NCBI GenBank assembly: GCA_963719085.1
Contig: CAVRAL010000004.1
Span: 896,001 to 960,000 of the forward strand
Origin: a candidate division FCPU426 bacterium
GTDB taxonomy: Bacteria; Oederibacteriota; Muellerivitia; Muellerivitales; Muellerivitaceae
DNA: 64,000 nucleotides
Reading direction: 5' to 3'
Shown here: in pieces, positions 48,801 to 56,600 of the stretch
How the letters are laid out: each line of letters begins with the position of its first letter
Position numbering within the stretch: position 1 is the stretch's first letter
The notes under the pieces: generated by a model
What the model saw: the letters and a program-made list of their open reading frames with translations, nothing else
The model's database searches: none
What the model was told of the DNA's origin: nothing
Translations under genes and position numbers: made by a program

Positions 48801-49712
48801 GTGGTCACCCCGCTCACCTTGAACGGGACGCCTTCCACCGCGCCAAACAGCGATGTCTCCGGGCTTTTCTTTCAAGAAGGCTCGGGCGGGGCGCCGGCCA
48901 CGCTTTACGTGAGCGATGAGCATAACAACCGGCTCCTACGCTACCTGCAGGCTTCCCCAGGGAGCGCGGCCTTTAATTTTTCGTCGCTGGTGAGCACTTC
49001 AGTCGCCTTCCCACACCAGATCACGGCGGACCCCGAAGGGAATCTTTATGTCTGCGGGGCGAGCGGATACGCCGCTTATGATTCCAACTTCCTAAACCTT
49101 TGGAGGGACTGCGGTAGTTCCATCGTACCGGACACGACTGGTCTGGCGGTGGACGGCCAGGGCGGCGCCTTCCTGGGAGCCGGCTCGGATAACGGGGCCT
49201 TGATGAAGGTGGGGGGATGCGGCATTCCCGGCGGACCACCCACGGCCACACCCACCCTTACCCCGACCTTCACGGCGACCTATAGTCCCACCATTTCGCC
49301 CAGCCCTACGCCGACCGCGTCGCCTACGGATACGGCGACGGTTACCGCGACCTTCACCCCCACTTTGACGCCTACGGTGACCCCGACCGCGACCTCTACC
49401 CCGTCCCCGACGGGCACGCCAAGCGCGACGGCCACGCCCGAGCGGTTGGTCCTTTATCCCAATCCGGGGAAGGGAAGCGATGTGCACCTGTTGGTGCCTT
49501 TAAGCGCGAATGTCGGCGTCCGGGTCCAGCTGTTCACGGTGGCTTTCCGTAAAATTTTGGACCATGATTTTGGCCTCCAGAGCGCCCCCCAAGTAGTGTT
49601 GGATTTACCCCTTCAAGACCAATGGCAAAGGCCCCTGGCCAACGGGCTTTATTACGTGGCCGTCATTACCCCTGGGGGGCGGCAAATCCTGAAACTCCTG
49701 GTTTTGCGCTAA
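45825..49712 (+). CDS. Large secreted NHL-repeat protein with Thr/Pro linker and C-terminal sorting-like domain
   Basis: Repeated ADLVLGQPDF and LWVADSGNNRVLRF; PTATPT tract; C-terminal LYPNPG...LANGLYYV. Confidence 0.88.
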   Translation: MPRWNRISPRILLVLGLLLPMPGFSSPVRGVTGDYWADLVLGQPDFSSQAINQVTNRRMFNPSGVVVDRFSTPNRLYVFDGGNNRVLGFSDIANALCSGSNSSAVPQGADIVLGQPDFSHSACNGDSNWQNYPVVASPNASCLCSVRQSEISPTEAHYYANMAVSPQGDLFVPDYFNNRVLRYPAPVASAEAADHVWGQSDFTSGYQDAFTSCGTPSSSSLCFTAASDWGAGVGVDPQGNLWVADSGNNRVLRFPNPNAPSAGVPSSTADLVLGQADFNSNQAASGPSDLNHLTNPLAVRVDSAGNVYVADEASGGNRVVVYLAPITSGKAIGYVLTQYIQAPRGLEFDPAGGLWISDAGTNQAVLFNVSPGSPTNFSPLKVLLRSQPWTGSGSPAATSGGDGANFNYQDGNSVGSYTMNPPAGGLGVDSTGDVFITSRDNDFDVWRFPAPIPAIGTLPAGEAHSADWAVFKAAQYGMANQVSPLGLRFGKGMAVAAGQVIVSDSSHLRYWNIPSGVQALSSGQAADGTAGVPAADVSLGTQPEMDRIREDHASPQHLWVLRGYSPSVHLELYNLPLTPGELPVTYLTSPLPVLGGGTISFTRVDGLTTDPTDTNGTYLWFSDTVGNRVIRVRNAENPAMAVVDIVLGQNGLSATGCNGNPSASVLPGCEYCALSCGAGEIAPTASSFAYPGSLRIDHHGNLYVSDGALEWAGNNRLLRFNQANIQNNSAGTPLFGVSASAVYDTGGNFTATSPSSSNGVWGPWETAFNSDDSIMVAGMNEYTGSRFPVVYSNPIGSDNPAAHLSDYTTHAYSSTFDDQDNLYMADLNKSRVLVYFKPFIGAFPTSTPTVSPTPNCCQTAWSYSSGNGTFSSSTDGVAYDPTGSGTLYVGGVTAVQAVNPATGAILGALPNTYSYVNNMARGKDGFLYACDSSHNLYKITLPGGSRATLANFSPYGNDTLYTIAVDDQSTGEDLYVGGANDTVYRVTQGPPVVVTPLTLNGTPSTAPNSDVSGLFFQEGSGGAPATLYVSDEHNNRLLRYLQASPGSAAFNFSSLVSTSVAFPHQITADPEGNLYVCGASGYAAYDSNFLNLWRDCGSSIVPDTTGLAVDGQGGAFLGAGSDNGALMKVGGCGIPGGPPTATPTLTPTFTATYSPTISPSPTPTASPTDTATVTATFTPTLTPTVTPTATSTPSPTGTPSATATPERLVLYPNPGKGSDVHLLVPLSANVGVRVQLFTVAFRKILDHDFGLQSAPQVVLDLPLQDQWQRPLANGLYYVAVITPGGRQILKLLVLR

Positions 49713-49774
49713 CCCGAACGGGGTTTTAAGTTGAAAAAAGAACCCGCATCGGCTTCACTAGGCGCCTTCTTCGC

Positions 49775-50425
49775 TTGAAATCAAGAAAGGCCCCGGTGAA
49801 ACCCAACCGCCTCATCCTTTTTGACCTCGACGGCACGCTGACTTACGGTATTTCCACCACCCGGTTTCTTTTTCGCCGGGCGGGTGACGAGGCTTTTTTT
49901 AAAGAGCTGGAGCGCCAATGGATGAACGATTTGACCGACCACCTCACCTTAGCCCGGCAAGTGACCCGCCGCATGACGGGTTGGAAGATACGCGAAGTTG
50001 AGAAATCCTTACACCCCGTCCCTAAAATGACCGGCATCGCCCCAACGGTCCGGGCCCTCAAGCGCTTAGGGTTTTACGTGGCGCTTTCCACTTTGGGTTA
50101 TGAATTGTCGGCGCGGTATTTTAAAAAACGCTACGGTTTTGATGAGGTCCGGGGGACCACGCTGGAGATTAAGCGGGGCGTCATTACGGGCCGGGGCATG
50201 CGGATCTTTCAGGAGCGGCAAAAGGCCCTTTATCTCAAACAGCTTTCCCGGCGGCTCAAGATCCCCTTGCGCCAAACCGTGGTGGTGGGGGATAGCCGCT
50301 CGGACCGGGAAGTCTTCAAGATCGCCGGGCTCCGCATCGCCATGAACCAAGATGGGTTCCTCAAAGGTTTGGCGGATGTGGATTTGAAGGGACGGGACCT
50401 GCGCCGGGTTCTTCGCGTGTTATGA
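49775..50425 (+). CDS. HAD-IB hydrolase (phosphoserine phosphatase-like)
   Basis: FDLDGTL and VGDSRSD. Start may be GTG 49796. Confidence 0.85.
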   Translation: MKSRKAPVKPNRLILFDLDGTLTYGISTTRFLFRRAGDEAFFKELERQWMNDLTDHLTLARQVTRRMTGWKIREVEKSLHPVPKMTGIAPTVRALKRLGFYVALSTLGYELSARYFKKRYGFDEVRGTTLEIKRGVITGRGMRIFQERQKALYLKQLSRRLKIPLRQTVVVGDSRSDREVFKIAGLRIAMNQDGFLKGLADVDLKGRDLRRVLRVL

Positions 50426-51312
50426 GCTTCGCGCGCAGTGGAATCGCCCTCATCCTCCTCAGCGACCTTTTGTTCGCCTTCGTGCCCATCACGGTGAAAT
50501 GGGCGCATGGTTACAATTACTCCGCGGTGCAAGTGACTTTTTTCCGGTTCGCTTTCGGCCTTTTGGGGGCGGGGGCGCTGGCGGCGGCGGGTGTCCAAAA
50601 AATAAGAATCGTTAAACTCAAGCCGCTTTTTTGGCGGGGGTTTTTCGGCGGATTGGCGGTTTTCTTTTATTTTATCAGCCTCGACTTTACCACCGCGGCC
50701 CGGGCCACCCTTTGGAACTACACCTACTCTATTTGGGCCAACGTCTTCGCTGTTTTTTTTCTCAAGCGCCAAGCCCCCCGGCATTTTGGTTGGATGCTGG
50801 CCCTGGGCGTGACCGGGGTTTGGCTGGTTTTGGGCGCGCGTTTGGAAGATGTGGGAAGGGGCGATTGGGCGGGTCTTTTATCCGGCGCCGCCGCGGGCGC
50901 TTCCGTGGTGGCTATCAAGGAAGCCCGCCGCACGGATAACGCGCTGAGTATTTTTTCAAGCTTCAGTCTTTTTGGTTTTGTTTTCGCGGGAGTCTTTTTG
51001 GCGCTGGCGGCGGTCCCCGCCGCTCCCGCCCTGGCTCAATCCCTGGGTCATTGGACGGAGATTTCCGGCGGGGGGGGCGGACTTTTAGTTTTGATGGGGC
51101 TCTTAGGGATGGCGGCCCAACTGCTCTTGACCCAATCCCTGGGATTTTTAAGTTTGCCCATGGGAACCCTCTTGTCACTTTTGGTGCCGATCGGGGCGGC
51201 GGTCTTGGGGCTTTTATTACTGGGGGAAGCTTTGACCCCGCATTTTTTGGCCGGAACCTTGCTGGTTTTGGCCGCCTGCGCCTGGCTGGGATGGCGTGAA
51301 AATAAGGGGTGA
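50422..51312 (+). CDS. DMT/EamA family transporter
   Basis: QVTFFRF motif; two-repeat 10-TM pattern. Confidence 0.85.
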   Translation: MSFARSGIALILLSDLLFAFVPITVKWAHGYNYSAVQVTFFRFAFGLLGAGALAAAGVQKIRIVKLKPLFWRGFFGGLAVFFYFISLDFTTAARATLWNYTYSIWANVFAVFFLKRQAPRHFGWMLALGVTGVWLVLGARLEDVGRGDWAGLLSGAAAGASVVAIKEARRTDNALSIFSSFSLFGFVFAGVFLALAAVPAAPALAQSLGHWTEISGGGGGLLVLMGLLGMAAQLLLTQSLGFLSLPMGTLLSLLVPIGAAVLGLLLLGEALTPHFLAGTLLVLAACAWLGWRENKG

Positions 51313-51390
51313 TTATTTTCCCCTCAAGCCGGGGGTTCTTTTTTAGGTATGATAATCAAGCTCATATCCCTTTAGGAATCGAGGCGCGCT

Positions 51391-51831
51391 ATGGCGGGAA
51401 AAACCGGATGGGTGGAAAAACGCCAGCATGAACGCGTGGTGGCCACCATTAAGATCAGCTACCGGGTGATTGAGTCCAAGGACGCCAAGGCGGTCCTTTC
51501 GCAGGATTCCTATCGAAGCACCACGGCGGACCAACTGCCGGGGCTTTCCCAGGTTTCCCCCCTTTATGACGCCGTCACGAGGGATATTTCAGTGGGCGGG
51601 CTTTCGGTCATCAGCGAACAGCCGATCCCCAAGGGAACGGTGGTGGAGGTGGGGTTGACCCTGCCCAATTACAAAACGATCCTTAAATTTTTGGCGGAGA
51701 TTGTGCATGTGGAATCCGTGACCGAAATGGGACGAACCTTACAGCGGTCCGGCGTGAAGACTTTGGCCATTAACAAGGAAGACGTCACCCGGATGGAAGA
51801 ATACTTGATTGAAAAGGCCCGCAAGAAGTAA
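51391..51831 (+). CDS. PilZ domain protein
   Basis: RQHER (RxxxR) and DISVGG (DxSxxG) c-di-GMP-binding motifs. Confidence 0.85.
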   Translation: MAGKTGWVEKRQHERVVATIKISYRVIESKDAKAVLSQDSYRSTTADQLPGLSQVSPLYDAVTRDISVGGLSVISEQPIPKGTVVEVGLTLPNYKTILKFLAEIVHVESVTEMGRTLQRSGVKTLAINKEDVTRMEEYLIEKARKK

Positions 51832-51836
51832 CCGGG

Positions 51837-52418
51837 TTACTTTCGCTGAAGGCAGCTCAGCCAAGCCTGAACCGGTTCGGGGCGGAGGTTGGTCTCATAG
51901 GTGGCGCGCTGAATGAGCGCGATGTCGAATTGTTTTTGGAAAGTCCGTCGAATTTCCCCCTGGGTGACCCGCCGGGGCCCCCAGCCTTCGGGTTCCTTCT
52001 CGCTGAAACAAACCACATAAGCCACGCCCTTGGGCCGCAAAATGGAAGCCAGGCTCTCCGCGTACAAAAGGCGTTCTTTGTCGGTAAAAACATGGAAGAC
52101 CGCCGAGTCGATGACCGTGTCAAAGGAGCGTTTTAAGAGGGAAAGTTTTAAGGCGTTGCCCACCCGGAAGAGGGCTTTTAAACGGCGCTGCTCGGCTTTT
52201 TCCTGCGCCAGCTCAATGGCGGTGCGGGAAAAATCAACGCCGGTGACATTGAGCCCTTTGGATGAAAGATAAAGCGCGTTTTCGCCCGTGCCGCAGCCCA
52301 CGTCCAGTACTTCGCCCTCGAAGGCTTCCTGGTCGAAAAGTTCCACGACCCAGGATTGGGGGCGGCCGATTTCCCAAGGAGGCACGCCTTCCTGGTAGCG
52401 TTGCTCGAAAGTATTCAT
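51837..52418 (-). CDS. Class I SAM-dependent methyltransferase
   Basis: PWEIGRPQ, VLDVGCGTGEN and FDTVIDSAVFH. Confidence 0.9.
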   Translation of the reverse strand: MNTFEQRYQEGVPPWEIGRPQSWVVELFDQEAFEGEVLDVGCGTGENALYLSSKGLNVTGVDFSRTAIELAQEKAEQRRLKALFRVGNALKLSLLKRSFDTVIDSAVFHVFTDKERLLYAESLASILRPKGVAYVVCFSEKEPEGWGPRRVTQGEIRRTFQKQFDIALIQRATYETNLRPEPVQAWLSCLQRK

Positions 52419-52434
52419 CGGTGGCCCGTCCGGA

Positions 52435-53370
52435 TTATTTCAAGGCTTTCATGGTCTCGCGGATGAGGTCGGCGGATTTTTTCAACATGCCTTTCTCCTC
52501 TTCGTCCAACTTGTACTCAAGAATTTCTTCCAGGCCTTTGCGGCCCAGCTTGACCGGCACGCCGAAGTACATGTTCTTCAAACCGTATTCGCCTTCCAGA
52601 TAAGCCGCGCAGGGGACGATCAGTTTTTTGTCCTTCAAGATGGCTTCCACCATGAAACCGGCGGCGGCTCCCGGCGCGTACCAAGCGGACACGCCCAATA
52701 AATTCACCAGTTCGCCGCCGCCCTTGCGGGTGCGGTCCACGATGGCGGCGATTTTCTCCGCCGACAAATAATTGGCGATCGGAACGCCCGCCACCGAGCA
52801 GTAACGGACTAAGGGAACCATCTCATCGCCGTGGCCTCCGATGACCGAGGCGGTCACGTTCTCGACCGCCACTTTGAGTTCGGCGGCTAAAAAGGTGCGC
52901 ATGCGGGCCGAGTCCAAAACGCCCGCCTGGCCGATGACCCGGTGTTTGGGAAGTCCGGCGGCTTTATAAGCCACATAAGCCATGGTATCGAGCGGATTGG
53001 TGACAACAATGAGGATGGTATTGGGCGAGCCGGCCACCAGGTTCTTCACAACGTCTTGCACAATGCCCTGGTTGATCGCCACCAGGTCTTCCCGGCTCAT
53101 GCCGGGCTTTCTCGGCATACCCGCGGTAATGACGCAAATATCCGAATCCTTTGTGTCGGCGTAATCGGTAGTGCCGGTCAAGTGGGAGTTATAATTGGAG
53201 ATGGGCCCGACCTGCTGCATATCCAGCGCCTTGCCCTTGGGCATGTCTTTTGCCGCCGGGATATCCAAAAGCACAATGTCCCCCAGGTCGCGTTCGGCCA
53301 TCCAGACCGCGCAAGAAGCGCCGACGTTTCCGGCTCCGACCACGGTAATTTTGGGGCGTTGGGTCGACAT
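52435..53370 (-). CDS. mdh: Malate dehydrogenase (LDH-like)
   Basis: GAGNVG, TAGMPRKPGMSREDL, GVLDSAR and GGHGD. Confidence 0.95.
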   Translation of the reverse strand: MSTQRPKITVVGAGNVGASCAVWMAERDLGDIVLLDIPAAKDMPKGKALDMQQVGPISNYNSHLTGTTDYADTKDSDICVITAGMPRKPGMSREDLVAINQGIVQDVVKNLVAGSPNTILIVVTNPLDTMAYVAYKAAGLPKHRVIGQAGVLDSARMRTFLAAELKVAVENVTASVIGGHGDEMVPLVRYCSVAGVPIANYLSAEKIAAIVDRTRKGGGELVNLLGVSAWYAPGAAAGFMVEAILKDKKLIVPCAAYLEGEYGLKNMYFGVPVKLGRKGLEEILEYKLDEEEKGMLKKSADLIRETMKALK

Positions 53371-53478
53371 GTTGAATCCTCCGAACGAGTAAAATGGGAA
53401 AAACTGGAGCTCAGTTTATCCAAGCCCTAGGGGAATGTCTACGCAACAGGCGGGCGGAACCCGCTCGAGGGTTGAAGC

Positions 53479-53760
53479 TGGAAAGCTTGAGCGCGTTAGC
53501 CTCAAGCCTCCAGGGGTTGGCGTTGGAAAGCTTGAGTGCGTCAGCCTCAAGCCTCCAGGGGTTGGCGTTGGAAAGCTTGAGTGCGTCAGCCTCAAGCCTC
53601 CAGGGGTTGGCGTTGGAAAGCTTGAGTGCGTCAGCCTCAAGCCTCCAGGGGTTGGCGTTGGAAAGCTTGAGTGCGTCAGCCTCAAGCCTCCAGGGGTTGG
53701 CGTTGGAAAGCTTGAGTGCGTCAGCCTCAAGCCTCCAGGGGTTGGCGTTGGAAAGCTTGA
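53479..53760. repeat. 45-bp palindromic tandem repeat (6 full copies plus partial)
   Basis: Unit TGGAAAGCTTGAGTGCGTCAGCCTCAAGCCTCCAGGGGTTGGCGT starting at 53479, 53524, 53569, 53614, 53659 and 53704; partial at 53749. Confidence 0.95.
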
Positions 53761-53815
53761 CTGATAGGATGAGGATTATTAAGGTTGGGGAATAAGCACG
53801 AGAAAGGGGCCGCAC

Positions 53816-54340
53816 TTGTCCAAGGGATTCACGCTTTGGTTCACCGGGCTTTCGGGATCGGGGAAGTCGACGATTTCGGAGCGGGTGGCCCAACAACTGA
53901 AAAAAGACGGCCTGGCGGTCGAGCTGCTCGACGGCGACATCGTGCGCACGAACTTGTCCAAGGGTCTGGGTTTTTCCCGCGAGGACCGGGACGAGAATAT
54001 CAAGCGGGTGGGATTTGTGTGCCAGCTTTTAACCCGCAACGGCGTGGCGGCGGTTGCCTCGGTCATTTCCCCCTACCGGGCGGCCCGGGACCATAACCGA
54101 AAAAAAATAGGAAACTTCATTGAGGTCTATGTGCGTTGTCCCCTGGAGGTATGCGCGCGGCGCGACGTGAAAGGCTTGTACCAAAAGGCGCAGGCGGGCG
54201 AGATTAAAAATTTCACGGGCGTGGATGATCCTTATGAGGAACCGCTGACGCCTGAGATTATCTGCGACACGGACAAAGAAAACGTGGAGCAGAGCGTGGA
54301 AAAGGTTCTCGGGCGGGTTAAAGAGCTGGGATATCTTTGA
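53816..54340 (+). CDS. cysC: Adenylyl-sulfate kinase
   Basis: WFTGLSGSGKST, LDGDIVR, ISPY, RDVKGLY and FTGVDDPYE. Confidence 0.95.
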   Translation: MSKGFTLWFTGLSGSGKSTISERVAQQLKKDGLAVELLDGDIVRTNLSKGLGFSREDRDENIKRVGFVCQLLTRNGVAAVASVISPYRAARDHNRKKIGNFIEVYVRCPLEVCARRDVKGLYQKAQAGEIKNFTGVDDPYEEPLTPEIICDTDKENVEQSVEKVLGRVKELGYL

Positions 54341-54341
54341 G

Positions 54342-56600
54342 TTGAGCCCTTTCAAGGCGGATTCCCCAACGGCGCGGGCCGCCTCCCCTTCACCGGGATG
54401 GGTGGCGCCGGTTTTAGCCCTGGCGGTCTTGTTTGTTTTTGGGAATTTCCTCAATCCCCACACCCGCTTGATCCTGTCCGAAGGCCACCAGGATCTGGAC
54501 ACCCAAATCCTTTGGTGGCGGCAATTTGGTTTTTCCGAGTTGGCGAAAGGCCATTTCGCGCTTTGGATCCCCCATTTATTTTGCGGCACCCCCTTCTTTG
54601 GCTATCTCCAACCGGCCCTGCTTTATCCCCCCAATTGGCTCTATATGGTTTGGCCCCTGCCCTTCACGGTGAATTTTCTCATCGCCCTGCACGTTTTTTT
54701 AGCCGGTTGGTTCACCGCGCTCTGGATTTTGAGACGGGGCTTCTCCACTCTGCCGGGGCTTTTGGCCGGTTTCATGGTGATGTTTGGAGCGGCCGTGTTT
54801 TTAAGGATCGTGCCGGGCCATCTTTTGAACTTAAGCGCCATGCCTTGGACTCCGCTGACCCTTTGGGTGATCGAGGGCTATCGGCAGGAAAAAAAGCCGG
54901 GATGGATTCTTTTAGGCGTTTTCGCCGTTGCGATGCAGGTGCTTTCCGGGCAGATGCAGCTTTTTTACTACAGCGTTTTGTTCACGGCCGCTTATGTTTT
55001 TTTCACGCTTCCGTCCCAGGGCAAAAAATCATTCCTGATCGGGGTTTTCGGCATGGGCCTGGGCGGGGTTTTGATCGGCTCGGTCCAGCTATTGGCCGGA
55101 TGGGACGCCGCCCGTGAAAGCCTGAGGGGCGGCGGGATGGCGCTGGACGTGGCTTCCTCGACGCCCATGCCGGTGGAAAGGCTTTGGTGCCTTTTGGCGC
55201 CGAACTTTTACGGTGATTGGAAAAATTACTGGGGCGCCGGGCTTTATTGGGAGGGCGTGTGTTATGTGGGATTGACGGGTTTTGTTTTGGCGGCGATGGG
55301 CGTTACCAGCCGCCGGCCGCAAAAGAAATTTTTCGTATGGGCTTTGATTCTATTGGTTTTGGTCGCGCTGGGCCGGCGGACATTTTTATTCGCCCTTTGT
55401 TACCACGCCTTGCCCCTCTTCAACCATTTCCGGGGCGTGGCCAAGCTGGATTTTTGGATAACCCTCTGCCTGGCCGCCCTAGCGGCGATGGGGCTCGAGG
55501 AAATTTTGGAAAATCCGGAAAGGCTCAAAGGGTTGATGCGGTGGACGGCTCTCGGGGCCGGGATTTTTCTTTTCCTGGCGCTGGGCGTGAAGGCCATCGC
55601 CCAGCGGGGGGACGCCGGTCATTTCGCCCGGTATCTGCCTTACGCGGGCGGGATGATCGAAAGCCTGCTGATGGGAGCTTGGTTATTGGGGCTTAACTCG
55701 CTGGTGGCTTGGACCAGTTTGAAAAGACCAGCCTTCCGCCATGCTTTCTTATTATTGGCTTGCGTCGAACTTTCGGCCTTCGCGTTGGATAATCGCCCCT
55801 TTTTTGATATCCAGGCCCTTCAACAAAAGATCGATCCTTTACGTCAGGTGTATCAGCTGGATCCCGGGGATTACCGGGTTTTGGCCGACTCCCGGAATTA
55901 CGCGCTGGGCACGGGGGGGAGGGATATTTGGGGTTATGACACCAACATCCCCTCCCGTTACGCCCGGTTTGTGGCGCTCACCCAAGCCTGTGACACGAGC
56001 GAGTTTTTGAAGGATTCCACCCTGCGCCGGGTTTCGCCCGCCTTGGGGCTGGTCGGCTTGCGTTATGTTTTTAACGACGCGGGGAACCATTTAACCGTGA
56101 GCCGGCTCCATCTGAAGGAAGCGCCTCGTTTTTTTGTGGATGACCGTTGGGAAGGGGCGAGCCAAGACGAGGCCCTCCAAGCGGATGTTCGGGCCGGCTT
56201 TGATCCTTTAAAGGAAGTCTTTTTGGAATCCGATCCCGGCTTCCCCGTGGCGCCGGGAAAACTTAAAAGCGAAGTCCATCTTCAAGACCTCTCCAGCGAC
56301 CTGATCCGTCTGGACGTCAAATTGTCCAAGCCCGCCGTGCTGGTTTTGGATGAAAATTACAGCGCCGGATGGAAGGCCCTGGCCTTGCCCGGCTCGGCCC
56401 AAGCCGCCTACCGGGTGATCCCCGCCGATGGGTTTTTACGGGCGGTTCCTTTGGGCGCGGGGGAGCACCATTTTCTTCTACAATACCGTCCGACGGCCTT
56501 CGTGGCGGGCAAGTGGATTTCGATCGTTTCGCTAGGGCTCTTTTTGGCCTTCAGCGTTTGGTGGATGGGATTTCGCTTTTCTCATCCCCGTAAGATTTGA
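54342..56600 (+). CDS. YfhO-like GT-C membrane protein
   Basis: ALWIPHLFCGTPF..LYPPNW; C-terminal VLDENYSAGWKA..LRAVPLGAGEH. Confidence 0.8.
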   Translation: MSPFKADSPTARAASPSPGWVAPVLALAVLFVFGNFLNPHTRLILSEGHQDLDTQILWWRQFGFSELAKGHFALWIPHLFCGTPFFGYLQPALLYPPNWLYMVWPLPFTVNFLIALHVFLAGWFTALWILRRGFSTLPGLLAGFMVMFGAAVFLRIVPGHLLNLSAMPWTPLTLWVIEGYRQEKKPGWILLGVFAVAMQVLSGQMQLFYYSVLFTAAYVFFTLPSQGKKSFLIGVFGMGLGGVLIGSVQLLAGWDAARESLRGGGMALDVASSTPMPVERLWCLLAPNFYGDWKNYWGAGLYWEGVCYVGLTGFVLAAMGVTSRRPQKKFFVWALILLVLVALGRRTFLFALCYHALPLFNHFRGVAKLDFWITLCLAALAAMGLEEILENPERLKGLMRWTALGAGIFLFLALGVKAIAQRGDAGHFARYLPYAGGMIESLLMGAWLLGLNSLVAWTSLKRPAFRHAFLLLACVELSAFALDNRPFFDIQALQQKIDPLRQVYQLDPGDYRVLADSRNYALGTGGRDIWGYDTNIPSRYARFVALTQACDTSEFLKDSTLRRVSPALGLVGLRYVFNDAGNHLTVSRLHLKEAPRFFVDDRWEGASQDEALQADVRAGFDPLKEVFLESDPGFPVAPGKLKSEVHLQDLSSDLIRLDVKLSKPAVLVLDENYSAGWKALALPGSAQAAYRVIPADGFLRAVPLGAGEHHFLLQYRPTAFVAGKWISIVSLGLFLAFSVWWMGFRFSHPRKI

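Noticed and set aside
53479..53760. CRISPR array
   Set aside because: Units are identical end to end with no unique spacers, and no cas genes are in the window.
53394..53896. ORFs with 15-aa repeats on both strands
   Set aside because: By-product of a 45-bp repeat that lacks stops in several frames.
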